Made by a program: the position numbers and the translations under genes. From Lachnospiraceae bacterium (GTDB lineage Bacteria > Bacillota > Clostridia > Lachnospirales > Lachnospiraceae), in the NCBI GenBank assembly GCA_024403555.1, contig JAKSRP010000004.1, positions 8,888 through 72,887 of the forward strand: a stretch of 64,000 nt of DNA. Direction: 5' to 3'. The notes under the pieces were generated by a model. That model ran no database searches. It had not been told where the DNA came from and worked only from the letters and a program-made list of their open reading frames with translations. Positions within the stretch are counted from its first letter, which is position 1. The number at the start of each line of letters is the position of its first letter. Shown here piece by piece: positions 1 to 11,059 of the stretch.

Positions 1-1380
1 GATGAACAGTTAGAATGCCCATTTATCTTTGCATCTGCAAAGGCTGGTATTTCTGGTCTTAGCATGGATGATGATATGGAAGATATGCAGCCACTTCTTC
101 AGGCGATTATCGATCATGTACCAGCACCAACTGGGGATCCTGAAGCTGACACACAGGTGTTAATTTCCACAATCGACTACAATGAATACGTTGGTCGAAT
201 CGGGGTTGGTAAAGTGGACAATGGTTCCATCAAAGTAAACCAGGAATGTGTCATTGTTAATGCTCACGAAGAAGACAAGTGCCAGAAGGTTAAAATCTCC
301 AAATTATATGAATTTGATGGATTAAATAAAATCGAAGTTACCGAAGCCGGCATTGGGTCAATCGTAGCAATTTCCGGTATTTCTGATATTCATATCGGCG
401 ACACTTTATGTTCCCCTGAAAATCCGGTTGCCATCCCATTCCAGAAGATTTCTGAGCCAACCATCGCCATGAACTTTATGGTAAATGATTCTCCGCTCGC
501 TGGTCTTGAAGGCAAATATGTGACATCCCGTCAGCTTCGAGACAGACTTTTCCGTGAATTAAATACAGACGTAAGCTTACGTGTAGAAGAAACCGAAGAT
601 ACCGATACATTTAAGGTATCCGGTCGTGGTGAGTTACATTTATCCGTATTAATTGAAAATATGCGTCGTGAAGGCTATGAATTTGCCGTAAGTAAAGCGG
701 AAGTATTATATAAGAAGGATGAACGCGGCAAAAAATTAGAACCAATGGAAATCGCAGTCATTGACGTAGACGAAGAATTTTCCGGTACCGTTATTGATAA
801 ATTAAGCCAGAGAAAAGGTATTTTACAGAACATGAGTGTGAATGGCAATGGTCAGGCAAGACTCGAATTCTTAATTCCATCCCGTGGTTTAATCGGTTAC
901 CGTGGCGATTTCTTAACAGATACAAAAGGTACTGGCGTATTAAATACTTTATATGATGGTTATGGCCCATACTGTGGCGATATTGCTTACCGTAAACAGG
1001 GCTCCTTAATCGCATTTGAATCCGGTGAATCCATCACTTACGGATTATTCATCGCCCAGGAACGTGGTACTTTATTTATCGGACCTGGTCAGAAGGTATA
1101 TGGAGGTATGGTCATTGGCCAGAACGGCAAACAGGATGACATCGAGATCAACGTATGTAAGACAAAACACCTTACAAATACACGTGCATCTGGTGCAGAT
1201 GAAGCCTTAACTTTAACACCTCCAAGAGTGTTAAGTTTAGAGCAGGCATTAGAATTCATCGACACTGACGAACTTCTTGAAATCACACCAGAAAACATCC
1301 GAATCCGTAAGAAAATCTTAGATAAGACAATGCGCTATAGAGCAGCAAGAAATGCAGCAAGCGCAGCGAAAAGTAAATAA
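1..1380 (+). CDS. typA: Translational GTPase TypA/BipA (5'-truncated by window edge)
   Basis: Open frame from base 1; motifs VSGRGELHLSVLIENMRREGYEF, PSRGLIG and KHLTNTRASGADEA typical of BipA domains III-V/CTD. Confidence 0.95.
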   Translation, partial: DEQLECPFIFASAKAGISGLSMDDDMEDMQPLLQAIIDHVPAPTGDPEADTQVLISTIDYNEYVGRIGVGKVDNGSIKVNQECVIVNAHEEDKCQKVKISKLYEFDGLNKIEVTEAGIGSIVAISGISDIHIGDTLCSPENPVAIPFQKISEPTIAMNFMVNDSPLAGLEGKYVTSRQLRDRLFRELNTDVSLRVEETEDTDTFKVSGRGELHLSVLIENMRREGYEFAVSKAEVLYKKDERGKKLEPMEIAVIDVDEEFSGTVIDKLSQRKGILQNMSVNGNGQARLEFLIPSRGLIGYRGDFLTDTKGTGVLNTLYDGYGPYCGDIAYRKQGSLIAFESGESITYGLFIAQERGTLFIGPGQKVYGGMVIGQNGKQDDIEINVCKTKHLTNTRASGADEALTLTPPRVLSLEQALEFIDTDELLEITPENIRIRKKILDKTMRYRAARNAASAAKSK

Positions 1381-1388
1381 AACGAATA

Positions 1389-1427
1389 AAGGCGTGGTCG
1401 AAAACATTGACCACGCCTTACTTTTTT
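1389..1427. terminator. Bidirectional intrinsic terminator between typA and clpX
   Basis: AAGGCGTGGTC...GACCACGCCTT stem followed by a T-tract, between convergent genes. Confidence 0.8.
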
Positions 1428-1429
1428 AT

Positions 1430-2803
1430 TTAATTCAATCTCGGAACCTCAACACCTCTCATAAGAATCTGAGGTGCTCCTGTTCCATCAATATATTCTC
1501 TTGTAATGATTACAGTTCCGATACTGTCATCTCTTGGAACCTGAAACATAATATCAAGCATGAACTCTTCAATAACTGCGCGAAGTGCACGGGCACCAGT
1601 CTTTTTCGCTAATGCTTTTTCTGCAATAGCTTCTAAGGCTTCATCGGTAAATTCAAGCTTAACCTCATCTAAAGCAAGTAGCTTCTGATACTGCTTTAAG
1701 ATGGCATTCTTAGGTTCTTTTAAGATCTTAACAAGATCTGCCTTTGTAAGTCCGGATAAAGAATACATGATAGGAAGTCGTCCTAAGAATTCCGGAATCA
1801 TGCCGTAAGCACGAAGATCTTCTACCGTAAACTTGCTTAAGATATTTTCTTCTTTGTCAAATCGGTCTTTTAAATCTGCGCCAAAACCTACAGAGGATTT
1901 CTTTGTCAGTCTTTTCTTAATAATATCTTCTAATGCAGGAAATGCTCCGCCGCAGATAAATAAGATATTCTTTGTGTTGATCGTAGTCATTGGGACCATC
2001 GCATTCTTGTTGGTTGCACCAACAGGCACTTCTACATCTGCGCCTTCAAGAAGCTTAAGGAGGCCCTGCTGCACTGCTTCCCCACTTACATCGCGGCTGT
2101 GAGAGTTTTCCTTCTTCGCAATCTTATCAATTTCATCGATAAAGATAATACCACGTTCTGCTTTTTCTACATCGTTATCAGCATTCTGTAAGAGTTTAGA
2201 TAACACACTCTCTACATCATCCCCGATATAGCCAGCTTCTGTTAAAGAAGTTGCATCGGTAATCGCAAGCGGAACATGAAGTAAACGTGCTAATGTCTTA
2301 ACAAGATATGTTTTACCGGAACCAGTAGGTCCAATCATAAGCATGTTAGACTTGTCGATTTCAATTTCATCCATTGTATTGGTCACTACTCGTTTGTAGT
2401 GGTTATAAACAGCAACGGAAATCACTTTTTTTGCATATTCCTGACCAATGACATACTGGTCAAGCTGAGCCTTAATCTGATGTGGTGCCGGAAGATTCTT
2501 AAGATCTAATGCTGGTTCTTCTTTCTTATCTTCCTTTGCATCAGTCTTCGCTTTTTCCTCTTTTTTGTCTTTTGTCTGATTTCGAGGTCCGCCGCCAAAG
2601 CCCTTCATCATCTCATTAATCTGATTCATATCGAAATTATTCATATCGAAGTTATCAAAATACCCATTATTCATCATATCCATGCTGCGTTGCATGCAGT
2701 CCGGACAAATATACATATTCTGTGGCATCTTAATGAGCTTCGCACCTGCCTGCTTTTCTGTACGGCGGCAAATGGAACAATATACGTCAAAATTATCAGC
2801 CAT
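1430..2803 (-). CDS. clpX: ATP-dependent Clp protease ATP-binding subunit ClpX
   Basis: N-terminal CxxC...CxxC zinc finger, GPTGSGKT Walker A, DATSLTEAGYIGDDVE, IDEIDKI, RDVSGEAVQQGLLK. Confidence 0.93.
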   Translation of the reverse strand: MADNFDVYCSICRRTEKQAGAKLIKMPQNMYICPDCMQRSMDMMNNGYFDNFDMNNFDMNQINEMMKGFGGGPRNQTKDKKEEKAKTDAKEDKKEEPALDLKNLPAPHQIKAQLDQYVIGQEYAKKVISVAVYNHYKRVVTNTMDEIEIDKSNMLMIGPTGSGKTYLVKTLARLLHVPLAITDATSLTEAGYIGDDVESVLSKLLQNADNDVEKAERGIIFIDEIDKIAKKENSHSRDVSGEAVQQGLLKLLEGADVEVPVGATNKNAMVPMTTINTKNILFICGGAFPALEDIIKKRLTKKSSVGFGADLKDRFDKEENILSKFTVEDLRAYGMIPEFLGRLPIMYSLSGLTKADLVKILKEPKNAILKQYQKLLALDEVKLEFTDEALEAIAEKALAKKTGARALRAVIEEFMLDIMFQVPRDDSIGTVIITREYIDGTGAPQILMRGVEVPRLN

Positions 2804-2844
2804 AATAATCGCCTTTCTATCCTAATAATCTATTGTAAACAAGT

Positions 2845-4254
2845 CTACTTCGATTCATTCAAAATCTCATCATAGACTTCTTTCATAATCTGAATCCCCT
2901 CACGAATCTGCGCATCACTCAGTCGTGCAAATCCAAGAATAAAATGCTCTTTATCAGGTGTTCCTTCAATATAATACCCGGAAATCGGATAAATTCTCAC
3001 ACCTCGTTTCAGTAACATCTCTAAAAAGAGCTCAAAACGGGATAACTTCGGCAATGTAATAAGTACATGAAGTCCCGCAGAAGCTCCCGAAATTATAACA
3101 TCATCTCCAAATAATTTCAACTCACCAAGCAAACTTGTCACTTTCGCTTTGTAAATGGCTCTCATTCGGTTTAGATGTCTCTCAAAATGTCCTTCTTTTA
3201 AGAAATTCCCAAGTACCATCTGATCAATTCTTGATACGGTACAGGAAAAGAAGGAAAGCTGTTCTTCATAGATGGAAAGTAGTTTCTTTGGAAGAACCAT
3301 ATAGCTTACTCGAATCGCAGGAGCAATTGCTTTTGAAAAAGTTCCCATATAGATTACTTTTCCATGGTGATCGCTCCCCTGAAGAGATGGAATCGGTTTT
3401 CCCTGATAACGGAATTCACTGTCGTAATCATCCTCTAAGATATAGCGTCCATCCATTTCTTTCGCCCATTTAAGCAAAGCATGTCTTCGTCTGACAGGCA
3501 TGATAATTCCGGTTGGATATTGATGCGCCGGAGTTACATAAGCAAGCTCTGCACCACTCTTATCAAGCTCATCCACCACGATGCCACCTTCATCCATGGA
3601 AATGGCGGTTACCGGATAACCTAGTTTTTCAAACACCTTATAGGACTGAAGATAGGTTGGATTCTCCATGCCCACAGGCATAGTTTTCCCAAGAATCATC
3701 GCCAGTAAAAGAAGCAAATATTCCATCCCAGATCCGATGATAATCTGACTGGTGTGACAGTTTACACCACGAGACTGGTGGAGATAATCACGGACCGCAC
3801 TACGAAGAGATAAATCTCCCTTAGGATCTCCTTTTTGGAAAACCTCGGAATTATCATCCATCAAAACCTCTTTCATTAGTTTTCGCCATGTATTGTATGG
3901 AAACATCCCCATATCAACTCCAGAAGGCGAAAAATCATACGGATAACGAATTTCTTCTTCGATTTCCTCCGCCACTTCTTCTCTTACTTCAAGATTTAAC
4001 TCAAAAAGCTCATCAAGAGAGGATACAAAGTACCCTCTCTTTGGTTTGGATTCAATATAACCTTCCGATAAAAGCTGTCCGTAAGCTAAATCAACGGTAT
4101 TCCTGCTCACATCCAGATGTGCTGCCAGTTTTCTTGAAGATGGCAGCCTGCTGCCTGGAACGAGAGCACCCGCGCGGATTTCCTGACGAATAAAAATATA
4201 AATCTGCTCATATATCGGTTGTTTTTTCTTTGTGTCTATTGAAATTGTTAACAT
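2845..4254 (-). CDS. MocR/GabR-family PLP-dependent GntR transcriptional regulator
   Basis: N-terminal wHTH (LPSSRKLAAHLDVSRNTV) plus aminotransferase-like domain (YVTPAHQYPTG, EDDYDSEFRY, GTFSK). Confidence 0.9.
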   Translation of the reverse strand: MLTISIDTKKKQPIYEQIYIFIRQEIRAGALVPGSRLPSSRKLAAHLDVSRNTVDLAYGQLLSEGYIESKPKRGYFVSSLDELFELNLEVREEVAEEIEEEIRYPYDFSPSGVDMGMFPYNTWRKLMKEVLMDDNSEVFQKGDPKGDLSLRSAVRDYLHQSRGVNCHTSQIIIGSGMEYLLLLLAMILGKTMPVGMENPTYLQSYKVFEKLGYPVTAISMDEGGIVVDELDKSGAELAYVTPAHQYPTGIIMPVRRRHALLKWAKEMDGRYILEDDYDSEFRYQGKPIPSLQGSDHHGKVIYMGTFSKAIAPAIRVSYMVLPKKLLSIYEEQLSFFSCTVSRIDQMVLGNFLKEGHFERHLNRMRAIYKAKVTSLLGELKLFGDDVIISGASAGLHVLITLPKLSRFELFLEMLLKRGVRIYPISGYYIEGTPDKEHFILGFARLSDAQIREGIQIMKEVYDEILNESK

Positions 4255-5025
4255 CTATTTTGCAGTTGTAACTGTAATCTTCTTAATTACGACATCTTCA
4301 ACTGGTCTGTCGCGTTCATCTGTTTCGGTTTCTGCAATGGCATCAAGCACATCCCATCCATCATAAAGCTGACCAAAAATTGTATAGTCATCTCCTAAGA
4401 ATGGATATCCGCCATATTCATCAAACATTTTTCTCTGTTCATCACTATATTCCTGATAACCATAAGTATCTGGTGTTGCATTTTTGTTCTGAATAATAAA
4501 GAACTGACTTCCATTTGTATCAGGACCTGAGTTAGCCATAGCCATAGTACCACGAAGTGGAAGAAGAACATCCGTATATTCATTCTTAAATGGTTCGCCC
4601 CAGATGCTTTCCCCACCTGCACCAGTCGCAGTTGGATCACCACCCTGAATCATAAAATCGTCGATGACTCTGTGGAATACAATGCCATCATAGTATCCAT
4701 TTTCAGCTAAGGTTAAGAAGTTTTCTACTGCAAGCGGAGCTTCTTTCATAAAGAATTTTAAGCAAAGCTTTCCATAACCTTCTACTTCAATTACTGCAAT
4801 TGTTTCCCCTTTTTCTGGTTTTGCCATCTGATCAATCTTAGATGGTTCACTGATTTCTAATTTGGGATAATTGCTTTCCATCTCTTTTTCTTCTACGGTA
4901 GCCTGCGTTGTTTCTTCTTTTTCTTCTGTCTGAGTTGACTCTTCTGCCTCTTCTTTCGAACCACAGGCCATTAAAGAAACAGCTAAAATAAGTCCTAATA
5001 ATAATGCTAAAATACGTTTTTTCAT
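4255..5025 (-). CDS. Cyclophilin-type peptidyl-prolyl isomerase, lipoprotein
   Basis: Lipobox LMAC; FHRVIDDFMIQGGDP and MANSGPDTNGSQFFI. Confidence 0.92.
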   Translation of the reverse strand: MKKRILALLLGLILAVSLMACGSKEEAEESTQTEEKEETTQATVEEKEMESNYPKLEISEPSKIDQMAKPEKGETIAVIEVEGYGKLCLKFFMKEAPLAVENFLTLAENGYYDGIVFHRVIDDFMIQGGDPTATGAGGESIWGEPFKNEYTDVLLPLRGTMAMANSGPDTNGSQFFIIQNKNATPDTYGYQEYSDEQRKMFDEYGGYPFLGDDYTIFGQLYDGWDVLDAIAETETDERDRPVEDVVIKKITVTTAK

Positions 5026-5052
5026 CGTCTTACTCCTAAATTTATTTTCAAT

Positions 5053-6060
5053 TTATAACATCTCTCGAATTTTATCTGCAGGGAATATAATTCCAACCTG
5101 TTTTCTTGCTTCATCAATGATTTTCATCTCAACAATCGAAGCCTTAAGGTAATCATGATCCACCTTGCCTTCTTCCATTAACTTCGCAAAATCTTCAATT
5201 TCATAAATCATGTTGTTGCCGGATACTTCACGTTCATCTTCCCAAACAGGAACATCTTCCACACTTCCATCACGATAAAGAATCGTAATCTTCTTTGGAA
5301 ATGGAATCGTCTCGATGAGCATACATCCTTTTTCGCCCTGAATCTGACTAGGAGTTTTGTGATCCGTTACTTTAGAATATAACACCTGACAGATTTTGTC
5401 CGGATAATGCGCCATAATGGCACCTGCACCGTCACAACCATTTGACAAATGGAAGACATCTGTTTTTATGGATTCTGGCATACCAAAAACCTGGGCAAGC
5501 GTATGGATTGGATAAACACCGATATCCATAATAGAGCCATTCGATAGTTCCGGCTTAAATGCATTCTCAATAATGCCCTTTTTATAGCTATCGTAACGGC
5601 CTGAATACTGGCAATACTGTAACGTAGCAATACGAATATCTCCGAGTTTCGAAAGATTGTCGATGATTGTTTTATTACCTGGTGCATGAGCCGGTCTCAT
5701 CATCTCCATCATGATAACATTGTTATCTTTTGCGGCCTGTAACATAAGAGAAAGTTCTTCTGAATTAGATGCTATTGGTTTTTCAACCATTACATGTTTC
5801 CCATTATTCATCATCATCATAGCATGTGCATAATGATACGCAGTTGGGCTTGCAATATAAATCACATCAATATCATCTGCTTCTGCTAATTCATCTAAAT
5901 TGTCATAAACCTTTTTTACCCCATATTTATCCGCAAATGCTTTTCCCGTCTCCATCTTTCTCGAATAAACAGCCGCATATTCATAAAGTGGGCTTGTTAA
6001 AAGAGCCGTCGCAAACCAGTCTGTAATATAGTTTGTTCCAATTGTTGCTACTCTGATCAT
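5053..6060 (-). CDS. Gfo/Idh/MocA family oxidoreductase
   Basis: Rossmann start IRVATIGT, VEKP motif, MDIGVYPIH; start chosen from the AAGGAG RBS. Confidence 0.88.
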   Translation of the reverse strand: MIRVATIGTNYITDWFATALLTSPLYEYAAVYSRKMETGKAFADKYGVKKVYDNLDELAEADDIDVIYIASPTAYHYAHAMMMMNNGKHVMVEKPIASNSEELSLMLQAAKDNNVIMMEMMRPAHAPGNKTIIDNLSKLGDIRIATLQYCQYSGRYDSYKKGIIENAFKPELSNGSIMDIGVYPIHTLAQVFGMPESIKTDVFHLSNGCDGAGAIMAHYPDKICQVLYSKVTDHKTPSQIQGEKGCMLIETIPFPKKITILYRDGSVEDVPVWEDEREVSGNNMIYEIEDFAKLMEEGKVDHDYLKASIVEMKIIDEARKQVGIIFPADKIREML

Positions 6061-6141
6061 ATCCATGCTCCTTTTTCTTAAAATCATGAAAATGTAAAAG
6101 GACAGCGCCCATCTAAGCACTGTCCGTTCTTTTATTTTTAA

Positions 6142-6642
6142 TTACTTACGGCCACAGCACTTTTTGTACTTTTTACCGGAACCACATGGACATGGTTCGT
6201 TACGGCCAACTTTTTTATCTTTTACAACAGTTGTGGAAGTTTTCTGAGCTTTGTAAAGTTCTTTCTGACGTTCTGGTGTTAAGATGTCATTCCACTGTTC
6301 TAATGTATATAACCATTCAGCTTTGCATGCAACCATGTTGTAGTATAACTGTTCATAGTTGATATCGATTTTTACAACAGTATCTTCTGTCATGTCATCG
6401 ATTGGATTTGCTTCATTTAAAGAATCATTGATACCATCTAAGAAACCAACGAAAAGCTTTAAGTCTGTATCATATTTTTCAGCAAGTTCTGCAACTGTGC
6501 CTTCCACTACTACTTTATCTGTTAATACTTTTTCATAGATTGCTTTTTCTACTGCAAAATAGTTTAACCAGAATTCCTGTCCTTCACGTGTGTTGTCGTC
6601 AAATGCGTATGCAAAATCACGCCAGTCTTTTAATAATGCCAT
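6142..6642 (-). CDS. SEC-C motif (Zn-binding) protein
   Basis: C-terminal [20 protein letters not shown]. Confidence 0.88.
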   Translation of the reverse strand: MALLKDWRDFAYAFDDNTREGQEFWLNYFAVEKAIYEKVLTDKVVVEGTVAELAEKYDTDLKLFVGFLDGINDSLNEANPIDDMTEDTVVKIDINYEQLYYNMVACKAEWLYTLEQWNDILTPERQKELYKAQKTSTTVVKDKKVGRNEPCPCGSGKKYKKCCGRK

Positions 6643-6726
6643 AATCTTTACCATCCTTTATTTATTCTTAATTATATTCTAAAACACAGGCGTAAAATAC
6701 GCCATTAGACATATGATATCAGAATT

Positions 6727-8046
6727 CTACTGATTTTTCAACCATTCCATATGCTGTTTGATGTTCTTCTCGTAGCCATTTTCCGATGGATCATAAAAGG
6801 TTGTTCCCACAAGAGAATCTGGGAGATATTGCTGATCCACATAATGATTAGGATAATCGTGAGCATACTTATAACCAATGCCATGTCCAAGCTTCGCTGC
6901 TCCTTTATAGTGAGCATCACGAAGATGGTTTGGCACACCACTTACTCTCTGCGTACGAACCGTATGTAACGCTTCGTCTATTGCTAAATAGGAAGCGTTG
7001 CTTTTGGGTGCAGTCGCTACATAGATGCAGGCCTGTGCAAGGATAATTCTTGCTTCCGGCATACCAATTCGCTCTACCGCCTGAGAGCATGCCACTGCTA
7101 CCTGAATTGCCTGAGGATCTGCATTACCGACATCTTCACAGGCACAGATCATAATTCTTCGGGCAATAAACTTTTCACTTTCCCCAGCATCAATCATCTT
7201 CGCAAGATAATAAACCGCTGCATCGGGATCTGATCCACGCATACTCTTAATAAAAGCAGAAATGGTATCATAATGATTATCTCCCTGCTTATCATAACGA
7301 AAGGCCCTTTTCTGAATACATTGTTCCGCAACAGGAAGTGTGATATGAATCTTGCCATCCGCAAGAGGTTCGGTTGTTAAGATACCAAGCTCAATCGCAT
7401 TCAGCGCAGTTCTGGCATCTCCTTCTGCCATATCTGCTAAGAACTCTAATGCATCGTCATCAATTACTGCATTATAGGTTCCCATCCCCTTATCTTCATC
7501 GTAAACAGCACGTAAAAGCAAAGTTTTGATGCCTTCATTAGAAATCGGATGCAGTTCAAAGATATTCGAACGGGAAATCAAAGCTCCATTCACCTCAAAA
7601 TAAGGATTTTCTGTTGTTGCACCAATTAAGATTACCGTTCCGTCTTCCACAAATGGAAGAAGATAGTCCTGCTGAGCCTTATTGAAACGATGGATCTCGT
7701 CGATAAATAAAATCGTCTTTTTGCCAAACATCCCCTGGTTGTTCTTCGCATCTTCCACCGCCTGCTGCATCTCTTTCTTCCCGGATGTTGTAGCATTAAG
7801 CTGAAGAAATTCAGCCTGAGTGGAGTTTGCAATTACTTTTGCAAGAGTAGTTTTCCCAGTCCCAGGGGGACCATAAAATATAATAGAGCTTAATTTATCT
7901 GCCTTAATGGCACGATATAAAAGCTTGTCTTTTCCAATGATATGTTCCTGACCAACAACTTCTTCTAAGGTAGTTGGGCGAAGTCGCTGAGCAAGTGGAG
8001 ATTCCTTCTCCATATTCTGTTCTCTCATATAATCAAATAAATCCAT
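6727..8046 (-). CDS. rarA: Replication-associated recombination protein A (RarA/MgsA AAA+ ATPase)
   Basis: PLAQRLRP, GPPGTGKTT, IDEIHRFNKAQQD, ATTENP, ISAFIKSMRGSDPDAA. Confidence 0.93.
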   Translation of the reverse strand: MDLFDYMREQNMEKESPLAQRLRPTTLEEVVGQEHIIGKDKLLYRAIKADKLSSIIFYGPPGTGKTTLAKVIANSTQAEFLQLNATTSGKKEMQQAVEDAKNNQGMFGKKTILFIDEIHRFNKAQQDYLLPFVEDGTVILIGATTENPYFEVNGALISRSNIFELHPISNEGIKTLLLRAVYDEDKGMGTYNAVIDDDALEFLADMAEGDARTALNAIELGILTTEPLADGKIHITLPVAEQCIQKRAFRYDKQGDNHYDTISAFIKSMRGSDPDAAVYYLAKMIDAGESEKFIARRIMICACEDVGNADPQAIQVAVACSQAVERIGMPEARIILAQACIYVATAPKSNASYLAIDEALHTVRTQRVSGVPNHLRDAHYKGAAKLGHGIGYKYAHDYPNHYVDQQYLPDSLVGTTFYDPSENGYEKNIKQHMEWLKNQ

Positions 8047-8203
8047 TGATATTCCTCCGTCATAGAGTAATAGTAACACGAAACGAAGCATTTGCCTAGA
8101 GGAAAATGCGAACATATATTCGAAAAACATTTTTTCAAAGGAACCTTGTGACATTTTTACGATAGTATGATAAAATAGATTATGTATAGAAGGGAGAATT
8201 TAT

Positions 8204-8389
8204 ATGCAAGCTGAAGATTACCCAATCGATCCAGTGATGCTTCTCAGCGTATTAAACTGCCATTTAAGAGACTACTTTGCTTCTTTAGATATTCTTTGTG
8301 AAGAAGTTGGTCTTGATAAAGCAGAAGTCGAAGAGAAGTTAGCAGCTATCGATTATCATTATAATCCTGAATTAAACCAGTTCGTTTAA
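8204..8389 (+). CDS. DUF4250-like small protein
   Basis: DPVMLLSVLNCHLRD...IDYHYNPELNQF resembles the DUF4250 pattern; GGGAG RBS. Confidence 0.75.
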   Translation: MQAEDYPIDPVMLLSVLNCHLRDYFASLDILCEEVGLDKAEVEEKLAAIDYHYNPELNQFV

Positions 8390-8409
8390 TTTAAAAGGAG
8401 GTTTTGCCT

Positions 8410-9015
8410 ATGAGCAAAATTATGTATACAGAAGTTCTTCGTACGACCAATATTGACGAGTACAAAAAGAAAGAACAGGAATTCATCGTTCTCAATGACA
8501 AAACCAAAAGCATGATGACAACCAATTTTCGTAAGGTGACTTTTAAGAGTGATCAGATTTGCGCCATTGATTATTCCATTGTTTACGAGGATTTTCAGAA
8601 TGTTTATATTGAACAGAAATCCAAGGATGACAATGTAGTAACCAAAGAGCTGATTCCGATCACTAAAGAGCAGGCCAATTCCATTTTAGAAGGCGACCTT
8701 CAGTTTTTAGCTGACAGTGACGACAATCGCCTTCAGGCATTTTATATGAAGATGACAACTTTAGGCTTAAAACCAGCCTATCGAAAAGAATTTACGAGAA
8801 AGACCTTTCATCAAAATCGTTTCTTAGATATTATTTTCGACATGTCCATGACAAGAAAGCCTTACGAAAAGAATGATTTATTTGCACCAAGAAAGTTCGG
8901 ATTTAAAGCGGACTACTCTAATCTTAGAATGAGCATCCGCCATAACCTGGTTGCATCCAAATCCTTAGAGCAGTTACTTGCCTTTGAAAAATCATTGATG
9001 GATTCTACACTGTAA
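8410..9015 (+). CDS. Hypothetical protein, degenerate VTC/CYTH (polyphosphate polymerase-like) domain
   Basis: IYIEQK.K...VTKE...ITKEQA..IL.G and LKP...F.R..F...FD resemble the VTC-domain core; AAGGAGG RBS. Confidence 0.5.
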   Translation: MSKIMYTEVLRTTNIDEYKKKEQEFIVLNDKTKSMMTTNFRKVTFKSDQICAIDYSIVYEDFQNVYIEQKSKDDNVVTKELIPITKEQANSILEGDLQFLADSDDNRLQAFYMKMTTLGLKPAYRKEFTRKTFHQNRFLDIIFDMSMTRKPYEKNDLFAPRKFGFKADYSNLRMSIRHNLVASKSLEQLLAFEKSLMDSTL

Positions 9016-9030
9016 ACAAACACAAATGGA

Positions 9031-9062
9031 AAAAGGAGTTGCCCATTCGGGTAACTCCTTTT
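9031..9062. terminator. Bidirectional intrinsic terminator
   Basis: AAAAGGAGTTGCCC-ATTC-GGGTAACTCCTTTT between convergent genes. Confidence 0.85.
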
Positions 9063-9094
9063 GTGTTTTATTCTTATTTTTTATTAAATTTGAA

Positions 9095-10171
9095 TTAGTC
9101 TTCCTGCTGCATCTTAGCAAGCTTTGCTGCCTGGTCTGCAGTTGTTAAGCCGTCAATAACTTCATCAAGATCTCCACCTAAGATGGAATCTAATTTGTGA
9201 AGTGTTAACTTAATTCTGTGGTCTGTTACACGGCCCTGTGGGAAGTTGTATGTACGGATCTTTTCAGCACGGTCACCAGTACCAACCTGGGAACGACGAG
9301 CTTCTGCTTCCGCATCATGTGCTTCCTGCTGTTTTAAATCATATAAACGTGCACGTAAAACCTTGATCGCTTTTGCCTTATTCTTTAACTGAGATTTTTC
9401 ATCCTGACAGGATACAACGATACCAGTTGGAATATGAGTAAGACGTACAGCAGAGTCGGTTGTATTGACACACTGTCCACCGTTACCAGATGCTCTAAAT
9501 ACATCAAAACGGCAATCGTTCATATCGATTTCAACATCCACTTCTTCTGCTTCCGGCATGATTGCTACTGTTGCAGTTGATGTATGAATACGTCCGCCGG
9601 ATTCTGTTGCAGGGATACGCTGTACACGGTGTGTACCAGATTCATACTTAAACTTAGAGTAAGCGCCCTGACCTGTGATCATGAAGGAAGCTTCCTTATA
9701 ACCACCGATACCACTTTCTGTTAAAGAGATACATTCTACTCTCCAACGCTGTTTTTCTGCATATGTACGGTACATACGAGCAAGCTCAGCGGCAAATAAT
9801 GCTGCTTCATCTCCACCTGCACCTGCACGAAGTTCTAAGATGATATTCTTATCATCGTTAGGGTCCTTAGGAATTAATAAAATCTTGATATCTTCTTCTA
9901 ACTGAGCAACCGCTGCTTTTGATTCTGCGAGTTCTTCTTTTGCAAGTTCTCTCATCTCTTCATCGGTTTCTTCTTCTAACATTTCCAAGGATTCTTCGAT
10001 ATTTTCCTTTGCTGCTTTATATTCATTATACTTTTCTACAATCGGAGTCAGTTCCGCCTGTTCTTTCATTAAGTCACGGAAACGCTTCTGATTGCTGACA
10101 ACATCTGGATCCTGAAGCTCTTCCATTACGGACGCAAGACGATCCACTAAATCTTCAAGCTTGTCAAACAT
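9095..10171 (-). CDS. prfA: Peptide chain release factor 1
   Basis: GGQ motif ([15 protein letters not shown]), PAT motif ([14 protein letters not shown]), [14 protein letters not shown]. Confidence 0.97.
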   Translation of the reverse strand: MFDKLEDLVDRLASVMEELQDPDVVSNQKRFRDLMKEQAELTPIVEKYNEYKAAKENIEESLEMLEEETDEEMRELAKEELAESKAAVAQLEEDIKILLIPKDPNDDKNIILELRAGAGGDEAALFAAELARMYRTYAEKQRWRVECISLTESGIGGYKEASFMITGQGAYSKFKYESGTHRVQRIPATESGGRIHTSTATVAIMPEAEEVDVEIDMNDCRFDVFRASGNGGQCVNTTDSAVRLTHIPTGIVVSCQDEKSQLKNKAKAIKVLRARLYDLKQQEAHDAEAEARRSQVGTGDRAEKIRTYNFPQGRVTDHRIKLTLHKLDSILGGDLDEVIDGLTTADQAAKLAKMQQED

Positions 10172-10218
10172 AGTATATCCTCCTCTATCTTAATTACTAA
10201 TCTTTTTCTATTTAAATT

Positions 10219-11055
10219 CTATTCATAGCGACCATAGACTACGCGGTCAAGACCCGCAAGATCCTTCTTAACCGTAATATCCGTATATCCGGCTTCACGC
10301 ATCAGCTTCGGCACACTTTCACCCTGGTCATAGCCGATTTCAAAGAACAGCCATCCGCCTTTGGTCAAATGCTCCCTTGCCTGATCAACAATCTTTCGAT
10401 AAAAGTAAAGTCCGTCTTCGTGACCATCAAGTGCCATTCGTGGCTCATGATCTTTTACCTCTGGCATCAGAACATCACATTCTGCAGATGCAATGTAAGG
10501 TGGATTAGATACGATTAAATCAAATTCACCATTGATCTCGGAAAAAAGGTCGCTTTCAATAAATGATACCATAGGTGCAAGAGTTTTTCCATTGGAAATA
10601 GCAGTATTTAACGCATCTTTTGATAAATCTGCACCAATACACACCTCAGGATGCAAAAATTCGGCTAAACTTATAGCAATACAGCCAGATCCCGTACACA
10701 TATCAAGGATTGTTTTCGCATCCGGAACTGTATTGATAATCTCTTCTACTAATACCTCTGTGTCCATTCTTGGGATTAATACGGATGGATTTACCTGAAA
10801 GGTGAGCCCCATAAAATCCTGAGTCCCTAGGATGTACTGCATCGGCATTCTTGTCGTAATTCTTTTTTCTATATAATTATGAAACTTCTCGGTTGCTTCT
10901 TCTTTTGTGTTTTCCATCAGCTGATCCATCATATAGTCTAATCTGCTCATGGCAAATGCATCTTCGAAGAAATACCACGCTTCTCCAGCCGGGTTATCGA
11001 TACCCGCTTCGGTAAGTTTTTCAGTGGCAACCTGCAATATATCTCTGTATGTCAT
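10219..11055 (-). CDS. prmC: Release factor glutamine N5-methyltransferase HemK/PrmC
   Basis: LIPRMDTE, LDMCTGSGCIA, SNPPYI; adjacent to prfA. Confidence 0.95.
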   Translation of the reverse strand: MTYRDILQVATEKLTEAGIDNPAGEAWYFFEDAFAMSRLDYMMDQLMENTKEEATEKFHNYIEKRITTRMPMQYILGTQDFMGLTFQVNPSVLIPRMDTEVLVEEIINTVPDAKTILDMCTGSGCIAISLAEFLHPEVCIGADLSKDALNTAISNGKTLAPMVSFIESDLFSEINGEFDLIVSNPPYIASAECDVLMPEVKDHEPRMALDGHEDGLYFYRKIVDQAREHLTKGGWLFFEIGYDQGESVPKLMREAGYTDITVKKDLAGLDRVVYGRYE

Positions 11056-11059
11056 ATTC

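Noticed and set aside
2620-2690. Short 15-bp duplication in clpX (NFDMN repeats)
   Set aside because: Low-complexity linker between the zinc finger and AAA domains; unremarkable.
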